Below, piece after piece: positions 32,035 through 41,806 of a stretch of DNA of 64,000 nucleotides. This stretch comes from an uncultured Candidatus Rokubacteria bacterium. GTDB lineage: Bacteria > Methylomirabilota > Methylomirabilia > Rokubacteriales > DASRDR01. The stretch covers positions 224,001 to 288,000 of the forward strand of contig CAWGVS010000010.1 in NCBI GenBank assembly GCA_963826115.1, in the 5' to 3' direction. The stretch's first letter is position 1, and the number at the start of each line of letters is the position of its first letter. Below the pieces are notes generated by a model that worked only from the letters and a program-made list of their open reading frames with translations, ran no database searches and was not told where the DNA came from. Position numbers and translations under genes: made by a program.

Positions 32035-33105
32035 GTGACCGGCGCGCCGGCCGGGACGCGGCTTCCGGGAGCGAGGGCGCCCTCGCTCCCGGTTCGTGTC
32101 CTGTGGCCGGTCGCGCGGGTCGCCGGGTCGGTCGCCCTGACCTTCCTCGGCCTCCTGCTCGTCACCTTCCTGATCGGGCGCGTCGTCCCGATCGACCCGG
32201 TCCTCGCGGCGGTCGGCGACCGCGCGCCCGCGGCGGTCTACGAGCGGGTCAAGCAGGAGCTCGGCCTCAACCTCCCGCTCTGGCAGCAGTTCTGGATCTA
32301 CCTGAAGAAGGTCCTGCGCGGGCGACTTCGGACGCTCGGTCCTGACCTCCAACCCGGTCCTCGTCGACATCCGCCGCTTCTTCCCGGCCACGCTCGAGCT
32401 GGCGACCGTCGCCACGCTCATCGGCGTGGTGCTCGGGATCCCCATGGGCGTGATCGCCGCCGTGTCGCGCGGGCCGACTGGCCGGACCAGGTGATCCGCG
32501 TGGTGAGCCTCCTCGGCTACTCGGTGCCGGTCTTCTGGCTCGGCCTGATGGGGCTCCTCCTCTTCTACGGGCGGCTCGGCTGGGTGGCGGGGCCGGGCCG
32601 CATCGACGTGGCCTTCGAGGACCTCGTGACGCCGGTGACCGGCGTGATCCTGGTCGACTCCGCGCTCGCCGGCGAGTGGGAGGTGTTCTGGAACGCGTTC
32701 AGCCACGTGATCCTGCCGGCGTCGATCCTCGGCTACCTGTCGCTCGCGTATCTCGCCCGGATGACGCGGAGCTTCATGCTGGCCGAGCTCGGCCAGGAGT
32801 ACGTGACGACGGCGCGGATCAAGGGGCTCGCCGAGCGGCGGGTCGTGTGGCGCCACGCGCTCGGCAACGTGATGGTGCCGCTGATCACGGTCGTCGCCCT
32901 CGCCTACGCGAACCTCCTCGAGGGCTCGGTGCTGACGGAGACGGTCTTCGCCTGGCCGGGGCTCGGGCAGTACATCACGAGCTCGCTCCTGAGCGCCGAC
33001 ATGAACGCCGTGCTCGGCGGGACGATCGTCGTCGGCTCGATCTTCATCGGCCTCAACCTCCTCTCCGACCTCCTCTACCGTCTCGTGGACCCGCGCGCGC
33101 GATGA
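32035..33105 (+). CDS. Dipeptide ABC permease (DdpB/DppB-like), with a compensating frameshift pair at about 32320-32470
   Basis: IGRVVPIDPV and QEYVTTARIKGL. The out-of-frame segment reads GDFGRS...FFPATLELA in an alternate frame. Confidence 0.85.
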   Translation: MTGAPAGTRLPGARAPSLPVRVLWPVARVAGSVALTFLGLLLVTFLIGRVVPIDPVLAAVGDRAPAAVYERVKQELGLNLPLWQQFWIYLKKVLRGRLRTLGPDLQPGPRRHPPLLPGHARAGDRRHAHRRGARDPHGRDRRRVARADWPDQVIRVVSLLGYSVPVFWLGLMGLLLFYGRLGWVAGPGRIDVAFEDLVTPVTGVILVDSALAGEWEVFWNAFSHVILPASILGYLSLAYLARMTRSFMLAELGQEYVTTARIKGLAERRVVWRHALGNVMVPLITVVALAYANLLEGSVLTETVFAWPGLGQYITSSLLSADMNAVLGGTIVVGSIFIGLNLLSDLLYRLVDPRAR

Positions 33106-34027
33106 CGCCGCCGGGCGGGCTCGCGTCGCGCCCCGGGTGGCGCGCCTGGCTCCTCGACGAGACTCCCGCGTCGCGGACGCAGGCGCGGCTCGGCCAGGCG
33201 TACGTCAGCTGGCTCGGCTTCCGCCGGAACCCGCTCGCCATGGCGGGCCTGGCGGTCCTGATCGGCCTGCTGCTGCTGGCGCTCCTGACCCCGATGCTGA
33301 CCGACCGGTCGCCGGTGACCCAGGACCTCAGCGCCCGGCTCCAGCCGCCGAACGCGGCAGTACTGGTTCGGGACCGACGAGCTCGGGCGCGACATCTACA
33401 CGCGGGTGCTCTACGGGTCGCGCATCACGCTCGGGATCGTGGGGCTCGTGGTGATCATGGTCGCCCCCGTCGGCCTCCTCATCGGCACCGCCGCCGGCTA
33501 CCTGGGCGGCTGGGTCGACACGGTGCTGATGCGGGTGACCGACGTGTTCCTCGCCTTCCCGCGGCTGATCCTCGCGCTGGCGTTCGTGTCGGCCCTGGGC
33601 CCGGGCATCGAGAACGCGGTCATCGCCATCGCCTGCACGGCGTGGCCGCCCTACGCGCGGGTCGCGCGCGCGGAGACGCTGACGATCCGGCAGCAGCGAC
33701 TTCATCGCGGCGATCCGCCTCCAGGGCGCGGGCCCGCTCCGGATCGTGCTGGGCCACGTCGTGCCGCTCTGCACCTCGTCCCTGATCGTGCGCGTCGGCC
33801 TCGACATGGCCGGCATCATCCTGACCGCGGCCGGGCTCGGCTTCCTCGGGCTCGGGGCCCAGCCGCCCGCGCCGGAGTGGGGCGCCATGATCGCCTCGGG
33901 CCGGCGGTTCCTCCTCGACCAGTGGTGGGTGGCCACGGTGCCCGGCATCGCCATCCTCGTGGTGAGCCTCGGCTTCAACCTGCTCGGCGACGGGCTGCGC
34001 GACGTGCTCGACCCGAAGGTCGGGTGA
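33102..34027 (+). CDS. Dipeptide ABC permease (DdpC/DppC-like), frameshifts near 33355 and 33690
   Basis: RNPLAMAG, WFGTDELGRD, WPPYARVARAETL and GLGFLGLGAQPPAPEWG across three frames. Confidence 0.83.
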
Positions 34028-34037
34028 GGGCAGGGGC

Positions 34038-34884
34038 ATGACGCCGATCCTGACCGTCGAGGACCTCCGGGTCCGCTTCCCGGGACGGGTCGGCACCGTG
34101 GAGGCGGTCCGGGGCGTCAGCTTCGAGGTCGGCCGCGAGAAGCTCGGCATCGTCGGCGAGTCCGGGTCCGGGAAGTCGATGACCGGCCGCGCCATCCTGC
34201 GCCTGGTGCCGCCGCCCGGCCAGGTCACCGCCCGCCGGCTGGACTTCGAGGGGATGGACCTCCTCACGGCGAGCGAGGCGGCGATGCGCGACATCCGGGG
34301 CCATCGGATCGCGATGGTCCTCCAGGACCCGAAGTTCTCGCTGAACCCCGTGATGCCGGTCGGCGTCCAGGTGGCCGAGGCCTGGCGCGTCCACTCGGGC
34401 GCGTCCTGGAAGGAGGCGCGCCGGCGGGCGCTCGAGATGCTGGAGGCGGTGCGGATCCGGAATCCCGCGCGCGTGTACGACGCCTATCCGCACGAGGTCT
34501 CGGGCGGCATGGGGCAGCGGGTCATGATCGCCATGATGCTGGCCGCCGGCCCGGACCTCCTGATCGCCGACGAGCCGACCTCGGCTCTCGACGTCACCGT
34601 GCAGATGCAGGTCCTGGCGATCCTCGACGACCTGGTCAGCGAGCGCGGGATGGGGCTCGTCTTCATCAGCCACGATCTCAACCTGGTCGCGTCGTTCTGC
34701 GACCGGGTCCTGATCATGTACGCGGGGCGGATCGTCGAGACCTGCGCGGCGCGCGACCTCGCGAACGCCCGCCACCCCTACACCCAGGGCCTCCTCCGCG
34801 TCGCTGCCCCGCATCGACCGGCCGGTCGCCGAGCTGGCGGTGCTCGAGCGGGACCCCGCCTGGCGCGACGGGGCCGGCGCGTGA
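34038..34884 (+). CDS. Peptide ABC transporter ATP-binding protein (DppD-like), frameshift near 34800
   Basis: GESGSGKS, SGGMGQRV, IADEPT and HPYTQGLL. The natural C-terminus SLPRIDRP...RDPAW ends at TGA 34884. Confidence 0.85.
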
Positions 34885-35684
34885 GCCTGTCGCCCGCGAT
34901 CCTCGAGGTCGAAGGGCTCCACGTGGTCTTCGGCCACGGCGAGGACGCCGTGCGCGCCGTCCGCGACGTGTCCTTCCGCGTGGCCGAGGGCGAGGCGTTC
35001 GGCCTGGTGGGCGAGTCGGGCTCGGGGAAGACCACCGTGCTGCGGGCGGTCGCGGGCCTGGTAGCGCCGGCGGGCGGGCGGATCGCGGTGGCCGGCCGGA
35101 CGCAGGGGCCGCATCGCGAGCGGGCGTTCGCCCGCGTCTGCCAGATGGTCTTCCAGGATCCGTACGGGTCGCTGCACCCGCGCCACACGGTGGACCGGGT
35201 GCTCATCGAGCCGCTCGCCATCCACGGGCTCGCCCGGCGGGGCGAGGCCGACCGCCGCGTCGAGCGCGCGCTCCGCGAGGTCGGACTCGGCCCGAGCTTC
35301 CGGTTCCGCTACCCGCACCAGCTGTCCGGCGGCCAGCGCCAGCGGGTGTCGATCGCGCGGGCCCTCATGCTCGAGCCGCGCGTCCTCCTGCTCGACGAGC
35401 CGACGTCGGCGCTCGACGTGTCCGTGCAGGCGGAGATCCTGAACCTCCTCGCCCGCCTGCGCCGGGAGCACGGCCTGACGTACGTGCTCGTGAGCCACAA
35501 CCTCGCGATCGTGGCGCACCTCTGCGAGCGCCTCCTGGTGATGAACCACGGCCGGGTGGTCGAGGAGCTGACGGCGGGCCAGCTGCGGGCGTCGACGCCG
35601 TCTGAGCCCTACACGCGCCAGCTGCTCCAGGCGAGCCTCGGCTACGATCGCCAGGCCGCCGCCCAGCTCACGACGTTCGACTAG
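34881..35684 (+). CDS. Peptide ABC transporter ATP-binding protein (DppF-like)
   Basis: GTG start in a GTGA overlap. GESGSGKT, LSGGQRQR and LLDEPT. Confidence 0.87.
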   Translation: MSLSPAILEVEGLHVVFGHGEDAVRAVRDVSFRVAEGEAFGLVGESGSGKTTVLRAVAGLVAPAGGRIAVAGRTQGPHRERAFARVCQMVFQDPYGSLHPRHTVDRVLIEPLAIHGLARRGEADRRVERALREVGLGPSFRFRYPHQLSGGQRQRVSIARALMLEPRVLLLDEPTSALDVSVQAEILNLLARLRREHGLTYVLVSHNLAIVAHLCERLLVMNHGRVVEELTAGQLRASTPSEPYTRQLLQASLGYDRQAAAQLTTFD

Positions 35685-35726
35685 GGGCGCCGCGGCCCGG
35701 GCCGGCGCGGGTCCCCGTTGGACGCG

Positions 35727-36596
35727 TCAGCGCAGCGTGAAGGGGAACTCGCTCTCCACCACGTGGCCGTCGACGGAAAGGACGCGGAACTTGACCTTGT
35801 AGGTGCCGCGGCCGAGCGGCTTCACGCCGACCGTGAGGTGCTTCGGATCCTCGGGCTCCACGCGGGCGTCTCCCAGGTCCACCTGCTGGCCGGCGGCATC
35901 CCAGACGGACACGCTCGAAAATTTCGGCTCGATGGCCTCGTTGAACCAGAGCTGGACGCGGTCCGGCGCGGTCGCGAGCGTGGCGCGCCGGGCGGGGCTC
36001 GATCGGACCAGCGAGGCATGGGGCCAGGCCGGCGTTGCCGGGAGCAGGAGCAGGAGGACGCCCAGCGTGGCGGCGGCCAAACGGCGCCGGCGGACGACCG
36101 TGACCGCCATCATCAGGACGAGTGCGGCAGCGCCGAGGACCGCCCCGGGCCACCAGCGGCTGTTCGCCGGCGCGACGTCGACCGGGAAGCTGACCGCCGC
36201 CGGCCCCGCCGGCCCCGCGACGGAGACCGACACCATCCAGGGCCCCGCGGCGCGGAGCGTGAGCGCCGCCCGGTAGCGCACGCCGAGCGGGTCGTCGGCG
36301 CGGCGGGCGTCCGTCTCGACCGAGCCGCCGCCCCCGCCGACGGGCTCGGCGCGCACCCGGACCACGGCGTCCGCCACGGGTAGACCGCCATCCCGCATCA
36401 CCGCCACGTCGACCTGCCAGGGTCCAACCTGGGGCGGTGAGGGCTGGGTCCAGACCGACAGGGCATAGTGGCCCGCGTCGACTCGGTTCAGCTGCATCAC
36501 GCCGCCATGACCCGCCCACGTCGATCGCGCGCCGAGCGAGCCGCTCAGGACGAGGCCTGCAAGAACGAGGTATTGGACCAAGGTCCTACATTTCAT
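35727..36596 (-). CDS. CopC-domain copper-binding protein with an N-terminal exported Ig-like (YtkA/FixH-like) domain
   Basis: C-terminal CopC: HASLVRSSP...FNEAIE...YKV.FRVLSVDGH. N-terminal signal peptide and a TM segment. Confidence 0.75.
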   Translation of the reverse strand: MKCRTLVQYLVLAGLVLSGSLGARSTWAGHGGVMQLNRVDAGHYALSVWTQPSPPQVGPWQVDVAVMRDGGLPVADAVVRVRAEPVGGGGGSVETDARRADDPLGVRYRAALTLRAAGPWMVSVSVAGPAGPAAVSFPVDVAPANSRWWPGAVLGAAALVLMMAVTVVRRRRLAAATLGVLLLLLPATPAWPHASLVRSSPARRATLATAPDRVQLWFNEAIEPKFSSVSVWDAAGQQVDLGDARVEPEDPKHLTVGVKPLGRGTYKVKFRVLSVDGHVVESEFPFTLR

Positions 36597-36746
36597 GCGC
36601 CCAGAGTACGCCAAACCGGCTCCGGTTGCTCGGGCCGTCTCGCCCGGGTCGAAGTCGAGTTTGCGCATATGTATTAGCTACTTACAAATAATAGATGACA
36701 TCGATCCTGGCAAGCGGGTGAGGGGATGCCCCCTGTCAGGTTTTTC

Positions 36747-36774
36747 TTGACCCGCGGTCCGACCAGTGTATACT
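36747..36774 (+). promoter_or_regulatory. Sigma-70-type promoter of the cold-shock gene
   Basis: TTGACC-16 bp-TATACT about 145 nt upstream of the csp ATG, consistent with the long csp 5' UTR. Confidence 0.6.
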
Positions 36775-36920
36775 TCCGCCAGCTTCGTGGTTCAGTGGGA
36801 AGGCAGTCGAGTGAAGGCAACGCCGCGTGAACCCGGGTTCTCGCGGCGTTTTCCTTTGTCCCCCGATGTGGGGGAGGCACCGCCGCATCGGCGGGAACCA
36901 AGCAAGGAGGAGTACTGAGT

Positions 36921-37121
36921 ATGGCGCAGGGACTGGTGAAGTGGTTCAACGACGCGAAGGGCTACGGGTTCATCACCCAGGAGGACGGGCAGGACGTGTT
37001 CGTCCACTACTCGGCCATCCAGGCGAGCGGGTTCCGCAGCCTGGCCGAGGGTGACCGGGTCGAGTTCGAGGTGACCCGGGGTCCGAAGGGCCTCCAGGCG
37101 TCGAACGTGAAGAAGGTCTAA
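36921..37121 (+). CDS. cspA: Cold-shock protein (CspA family)
   Basis: [15 protein letters not shown] (RNP1) and DVFVHYS (RNP2). AGGAGG RBS. Confidence 0.95.
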   Translation: MAQGLVKWFNDAKGYGFITQEDGQDVFVHYSAIQASGFRSLAEGDRVEFEVTRGPKGLQASNVKKV

Positions 37122-37137
37122 CCAAGCCTTCCCAAGC

Positions 37138-37178
37138 GCACGGCCCGGCTCCCCTAACGGGAAGCCGGGCCGTCGTGC
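37138..37178. terminator. Hairpin between convergent csp and cupin genes
   Basis: acggcccggct-cccctaacggga-agccgggccgt inverted repeat. Confidence 0.6.
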
Positions 37179-37223
37179 GTTCTAGAACCCGCCGAGCTCG
37201 CCCGAGCCGCGGGCCCCTTCGCT

Positions 37224-37586
37224 CTAGAATTCGATCCCGTCGACGAAGTACGTCCCGACGTTCACGCTCGGGTAGGCGATGCAGAGGACGGCCGGAGTCC
37301 GCCCGACGTTCCGCAGCGCATGCACCGTGTTCGCCGGCGCCAGGAAGGTGGCCGGCGCGTCGACCTCGGCGACGTCGGTCCCGATCAGGACGCGAAGCCG
37401 TCCCTCGAGGAGCGTCATCGATTCTTCGACCCGGTGGGTGTGCGGCCGCGTCTGCTTCCCGGGCTCGATCGTGACCATGCCCTGGGTGATCGCGCCCGCG
37501 CCGAGATTCTGGTCCATGACGACGATGCGGAAGAGCCCCGGGCTCGGCGAGGCGCGCTCGAGCTCCTGGTGGCGATGAAGGATCAT
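37224..37586 (-). CDS. Cupin domain protein
   Basis: PHTHRVEESMTLLEG and APANTVHALRN cupin motifs. Confidence 0.85.
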   Translation of the reverse strand: MILHRHQELERASPSPGLFRIVVMDQNLGAGAITQGMVTIEPGKQTRPHTHRVEESMTLLEGRLRVLIGTDVAEVDAPATFLAPANTVHALRNVGRTPAVLCIAYPSVNVGTYFVDGIEF

Positions 37587-37597
37587 CGACCCGCTCC

Positions 37598-38938
37598 CTA
37601 GGCGCGGCTGGCCGGGACCCGGTCGGCCCGGCGTGCGGGCGCGCCGAGCGTCGCGAACACGCGGTCCACGGCGGCGAGCGTCTCCTCGACCTCGGCGACC
37701 GTGTGGACGGCCGAGACGTAGAAGCGGCCGTCCGGGAGCACGTGGAGCCCTTCCTCGAGGGCGCCGCGAAGGAAGCGATCCAGGAGCTCGGCGTCGTCGT
37801 CGAGCGTGTCGCGATAGTCGCGGAGCTCGGTCCGCTTCGTGAAGTGGACCGTGAACGCCGCCCCGAAACCGGTGACCAGGACCGGCAGGCCATGCTGCCC
37901 GGCGCGCTCCCGGATGCCCTCCATCAGCGCCTGCCCGGCGCGATTGGCCTGGACGACCGCCGCGCCGCCGTCCTTGGCGAGCTCCTCCAGCGTGGCGTCG
38001 GCGATCGCGAGCGACAGCGGGTTGCCGTTGAAGGTCCCGCCGAACGCGACGCCCGAGCCGTGGAGCTGCTCCATGATCTCCCGACGGCCGGCCACGACCG
38101 ACAGGGGCGCGCCGCCCGCCACGGCCTTCCCGAACGTCGAGAGGTCCGGCGTGACGCCGAAGTGCGCCTGGGCGCCGCCGAGGGCGATCCGGAAGCCCGT
38201 GATGACCTCGTCCATGATGAAGAGCGTCCCGTTCCGGCGGCAGAGGTCGCGGACGCCCTCGAGATAGCCCCGCACGGGCATGAGGCACCCGCTGTTGCAG
38301 AGGACCGGTTCCATCATGACCGCCGCCACGCGGTCGGGGTGGGTCCGGAACAGGCCCTCCAGCAGGCCGAGGTCGTTCCACGGCGCGACGACGACGTTCT
38401 CCACGACGTTCGGCACCTGGCCGAAGGACCCCGGGATGACGTTCGGGGTCTCGCGGGGGCCAAGCCCCTCGCGCGGGTGATAGCTCACCAGCGCGCCGTC
38501 GATCCAGCCGTGATAGTGGCCCTCGAACTTCAGGATGAGGTTCCGGCGCGTGTACGCCCGGGCGAGCCGGTGCACGAGCTGGACGACCTCGCTGCCGCTC
38601 GAGCTGAACGCCACGCGCTCGGCGGAGGGGACGGCCGCCTGGACCCGCTCCGCCACGGAGATCTCGAGCTCGTGCTGGGCCCCGTAGGTGAACGGGCGGT
38701 CCGCCGCGCGGTGGGCGGCGGCGACGAGGGCGGGGTGGGAGTAGCCCAGGATCACCGGTCCCCACGCGGCGGCGTAGTCGATGTACCAGTTCCCGTCGGC
38801 GTCCTGCAGCCGGGGGCCGACTCCGCGCGTGAAGTAGAGGGGAACGGGTGCGGTGCCGCGAACGGGGCTCGACACGCCTCCCGCCAGGGACCGGCGGGCG
38901 CGCTCCAGGAGGGCTCGGGATCGGTCGAACGTGCGCAT
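37598..38938 (-). CDS. Class III aminotransferase, glutamate-1-semialdehyde 2,1-aminomutase-like
   Basis: AGGVSSPVR, DADGNWYIDY, FEGHYHG, DEVITGFR, PLP lysine motif TFGK and GGTFNGNP. Confidence 0.88.
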   Translation of the reverse strand: MRTFDRSRALLERARRSLAGGVSSPVRGTAPVPLYFTRGVGPRLQDADGNWYIDYAAAWGPVILGYSHPALVAAAHRAADRPFTYGAQHELEISVAERVQAAVPSAERVAFSSSGSEVVQLVHRLARAYTRRNLILKFEGHYHGWIDGALVSYHPREGLGPRETPNVIPGSFGQVPNVVENVVVAPWNDLGLLEGLFRTHPDRVAAVMMEPVLCNSGCLMPVRGYLEGVRDLCRRNGTLFIMDEVITGFRIALGGAQAHFGVTPDLSTFGKAVAGGAPLSVVAGRREIMEQLHGSGVAFGGTFNGNPLSLAIADATLEELAKDGGAAVVQANRAGQALMEGIRERAGQHGLPVLVTGFGAAFTVHFTKRTELRDYRDTLDDDAELLDRFLRGALEEGLHVLPDGRFYVSAVHTVAEVEETLAAVDRVFATLGAPARRADRVPASRA

Positions 38939-39030
38939 GGTCGCTCCTCTGATCGGGGTCACACCTCGGCTGGCCCACACGCGGGGCTCTTTGAGCTTGC
39001 CCCGAAACGGACGGAAGGGAAAGGCCGGCC

Positions 39031-41262
39031 CTAGTTGGTGCCCGCGCGCCAGCGGAAGGCGGTCAGGAGGCTGGAGAAGTTGTCGGTCCAGGGCGCGAGG
39101 TCCGGCGGCGCGTCGAGGGCCCGCCAGTGCGGGTCGTCGAGCAGCGCGCCGAGGTCCTTCCCGCGCCGGGCCAGCACCACCCACTGGGACTCGACCTTAC
39201 CCACGAGGCGCTCCTGGGGGTCGATGTGCGAGTCGTTCCGCGTGCGCGCGACGAGTCCCGCCGCCCGCGCGATGGCGCCGACGACGGGCTCGAGCACCAG
39301 GTGGCGGTTCGAGATGTTGAGGATCAGCACGCCGCCGGGGGCGAGCTTCGTCAGGTAGAGCTGGAACGCGTCGAGCGTGATGAGGTGGAGCGGCGGCGCG
39401 TCCGAGCTGTAGGCGTCGAGCACGATGAGGTCGTAGGCGGCGTCGGGGGCGCGGGCGATCGTGAGGCGAGCGTCGCCCAGGATGACGAGGGGCTTCGGCC
39501 CGCAGTCACGGAGCAGCGTGAAGAACCGGGGGTCGTTCGCGATCCGGAGCACCGTGGGGTCGATCTCGTAGAACGTCCACCGCTGGCCGGCCTGGCCGTA
39601 GCACGCGATCGATCCGGCCCCGAGGCCGACGACCGCCACTGCGGGCCGCGGCCCGACGGCGTAGATCGCCGGGAAGACCTGCCCGAGCGGCCCGCTCCGG
39701 TAGTAGTAGGTCAAGAGCTCCCGCCGCCGTCCCGGCGCGAGGGCCTGCATCCCGTGGAGCGTCGTCCCGTGGAGCAGCATGTGGTACGCGCCGCTCGGCG
39801 GCCGGGTGACACGCGAGACGCCGAAGAAGCTCCGCTCGGCGTAGAGGACTGGCCCTTCCTCGCCCCGGTAGACGGATCCGGCGACGAGCAGGACCGCGAG
39901 CCCGAGGGCGAAGCGCACCGGCCGGCGCGCGAAGGTGAGACAGATGAGCGTGACCACGCCCACGGCCGGCCCGATCGCTCCCGGTCCGGCGCCCACGCGC
40001 TCGAGGCCCCGGATCAGCCCGACCGTGACGCCCCCGAGCGCCAGGGGCAGCACCACGTCCAGGACCTGGCGCCGCGTCCCCGACCAGGCCGCGGGGGCCC
40101 GGGCCGGCAGGAGGGGGAGCAGCACCAGGACCAGCGGGTACTCGAAGATGTCGCGGAACACGCGCGGCGCGACCAGCGCCGTGAACGCGCCGCCGACCAC
40201 GCCGCCGCCGGCCATCCAGAGATAGAAGGCGGTGAGGTGCCGCGGATCGGGCCGGTCTTGCGCGAGCTCGCCGTGGCAGACCATCGCGGCGACGAAGAAG
40301 ACCGCGAGGTGTGTGCCGATCACGAGGACCAGCGGCTCGTTGGCCCGGGCCACCAGCACGAGCACGAGCGGCAGCAGGGCGACCGGGAGCACCTCCACCC
40401 ACAGGCGGTGCGGGACGATCCGCCGGCGGCCGAACACGAGGGCGAACGTCAGGAGGTAGAGCGCCAGCGGCACGATCCAGAGGAGCGGGATCGCCGCGAT
40501 GTCGGTGGAGAGATAGGTCGTGACGCTCAGCATGAGGCTCGACGGCACCGCGGCGAGGACGACCCATCGCGCGCAGCGGCCCGCGCCCAGCGGGGCGACG
40601 GCCGACGGCGCGGTCGCGCCGGCCGGCTCCCGGGCGGCGGGAGGCGCGGCCACCGGGTCGCCCGCCCGGGCTCGCGACCGCCACAGGGCGAGCGCGCAGC
40701 CGGCGGCGAGCAGGAGGAGCGCGCCGTAGCCCCAGGCCCAGAGCCGGCTTTGCGCCGGGAGCGGGAGGAGCCGCTCCACGACCAGCGGGTACGCGAGGAG
40801 CGCCAGCATGCTCCCGACGTTGCTCGCCGCGTAGAGCACGTACGGATCCCGGGCGGCCGGGTGGCCGGTGGCCGCGAACCACGCCTGGAGGACCGGGCTG
40901 GTCGCGGACACCGCGAAGAACGGGAGCCCCACCGCGGCGGCGAGAAGCCCCAGGAGCCACGGGATCGGGCTCGTGTGCCCGGGCGGGGTCCAGCCCGCCG
41001 GCAGGGCGATCGGCAGCGCGAGGAGCGGGACAAGAAGGATCAGGAGGTGGAGGCCGGCCTGCCGATGGACGCCGAGCCAGCGCGTGGTGACGTGGGCGTA
41101 CCCGTATCCGATCAGGAGCACCGCCTGGTAGAAGACCATCGCCGTGTTCCAGACCGCCGGCGCGCCGCCGAGGAGCGGCAGCGCCATCCGGGCGAACATG
41201 GGCTGGACCAGGAAGAGGAGGCTTGCGCCGACGAAGATCGTGGCGCCGAACAGGATCAGCAC
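39031..41262 (-). CDS. Fused MFS-like / spermidine synthase-like membrane protein
   Basis: FLVQPM, DPY.LYAASN.GS, HGTTLHG.Q, VGLGAG, YEIDP, GDAR, DAYSSD and WTD.FS. Confidence 0.88.
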   Translation of the reverse strand: MLILFGATIFVGASLLFLVQPMFARMALPLLGGAPAVWNTAMVFYQAVLLIGYGYAHVTTRWLGVHRQAGLHLLILLVPLLALPIALPAGWTPPGHTSPIPWLLGLLAAAVGLPFFAVSATSPVLQAWFAATGHPAARDPYVLYAASNVGSMLALLAYPLVVERLLPLPAQSRLWAWGYGALLLLAAGCALALWRSRARAGDPVAAPPAAREPAGATAPSAVAPLGAGRCARWVVLAAVPSSLMLSVTTYLSTDIAAIPLLWIVPLALYLLTFALVFGRRRIVPHRLWVEVLPVALLPLVLVLVARANEPLVLVIGTHLAVFFVAAMVCHGELAQDRPDPRHLTAFYLWMAGGGVVGGAFTALVAPRVFRDIFEYPLVLVLLPLLPARAPAAWSGTRRQVLDVVLPLALGGVTVGLIRGLERVGAGPGAIGPAVGVVTLICLTFARRPVRFALGLAVLLVAGSVYRGEEGPVLYAERSFFGVSRVTRPPSGAYHMLLHGTTLHGMQALAPGRRRELLTYYYRSGPLGQVFPAIYAVGPRPAVAVVGLGAGSIACYGQAGQRWTFYEIDPTVLRIANDPRFFTLLRDCGPKPLVILGDARLTIARAPDAAYDLIVLDAYSSDAPPLHLITLDAFQLYLTKLAPGGVLILNISNRHLVLEPVVGAIARAAGLVARTRNDSHIDPQERLVGKVESQWVVLARRGKDLGALLDDPHWRALDAPPDLAPWTDNFSSLLTAFRWRAGTN

Positions 41263-41375
41263 GGCTCTTCCCGGGCCGCGACGGCTCGCGCGGCCGCCCG
41301 GGCCGTCAGGATGGGTGGGTGCATACTGGGGACCGGGCGCGCGGCGGCGTGCCGCCCTCGAGAGGAGGCACGGTC

Positions 41376-41768
41376 ATGGGGTTCCTGGTCCGGGCGCTCG
41401 TGAACGCGCTCGCCATCTGGCTTGCCACGGAGATCGTCCCCGGCATCGAGGCGCGGAGCTGGGCGACGGTCGCCGCGGCCGCGCTGGTGCTCGGCCTGGT
41501 CAACGCGATCGTGCGGCCGGTGCTCCTCGTGCTCACACTGCCGCTGACCCTGGTCACGCTCGGCCTCTTCCTGTTCGTGCTGAACGCGCTCTGCCTCTGG
41601 CTCACGTCGGTGATCGTGCCGGGCTTCGAGGTGCATGGGTTCTGGCCGGCCTTCTGGGGCGCGCTGATCGTGAGCGCGCTCAGCTGGATCGTGAACGGGT
41701 TCGTGAGCGACCGAGGCCGCGTCGTCGTCATCACCCAGCGCGAGCGCCCGGCCCTGCCGCCCCGCTGA
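41376..41768 (+). CDS. Phage holin family 4 / DUF360 membrane protein
   Basis: LGLVNAIVRP.L..LTLPLTLVTLGLF..VLNA. GGAGG RBS. Confidence 0.88.
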   Translation: MGFLVRALVNALAIWLATEIVPGIEARSWATVAAAALVLGLVNAIVRPVLLVLTLPLTLVTLGLFLFVLNALCLWLTSVIVPGFEVHGFWPAFWGALIVSALSWIVNGFVSDRGRVVVITQRERPALPPR

Positions 41769-41806
41769 GCGGCGACGCCGCGCTCCGGTGGGGCCGATCC
41801 CGGGCC

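Noticed and set aside
34038-35684. Natural DppD-DppF fusion (548 aa ORF)
   Set aside because: An alternate frame after about 34800 gives the normal DppD C-terminus, ending in a GTGA overlap with dppF. The fusion is an indel artefact.
41376-41768. Holin as evidence of a prophage
   Set aside because: DUF360-type membrane proteins are common chromosomal genes, and there are no other phage genes nearby.
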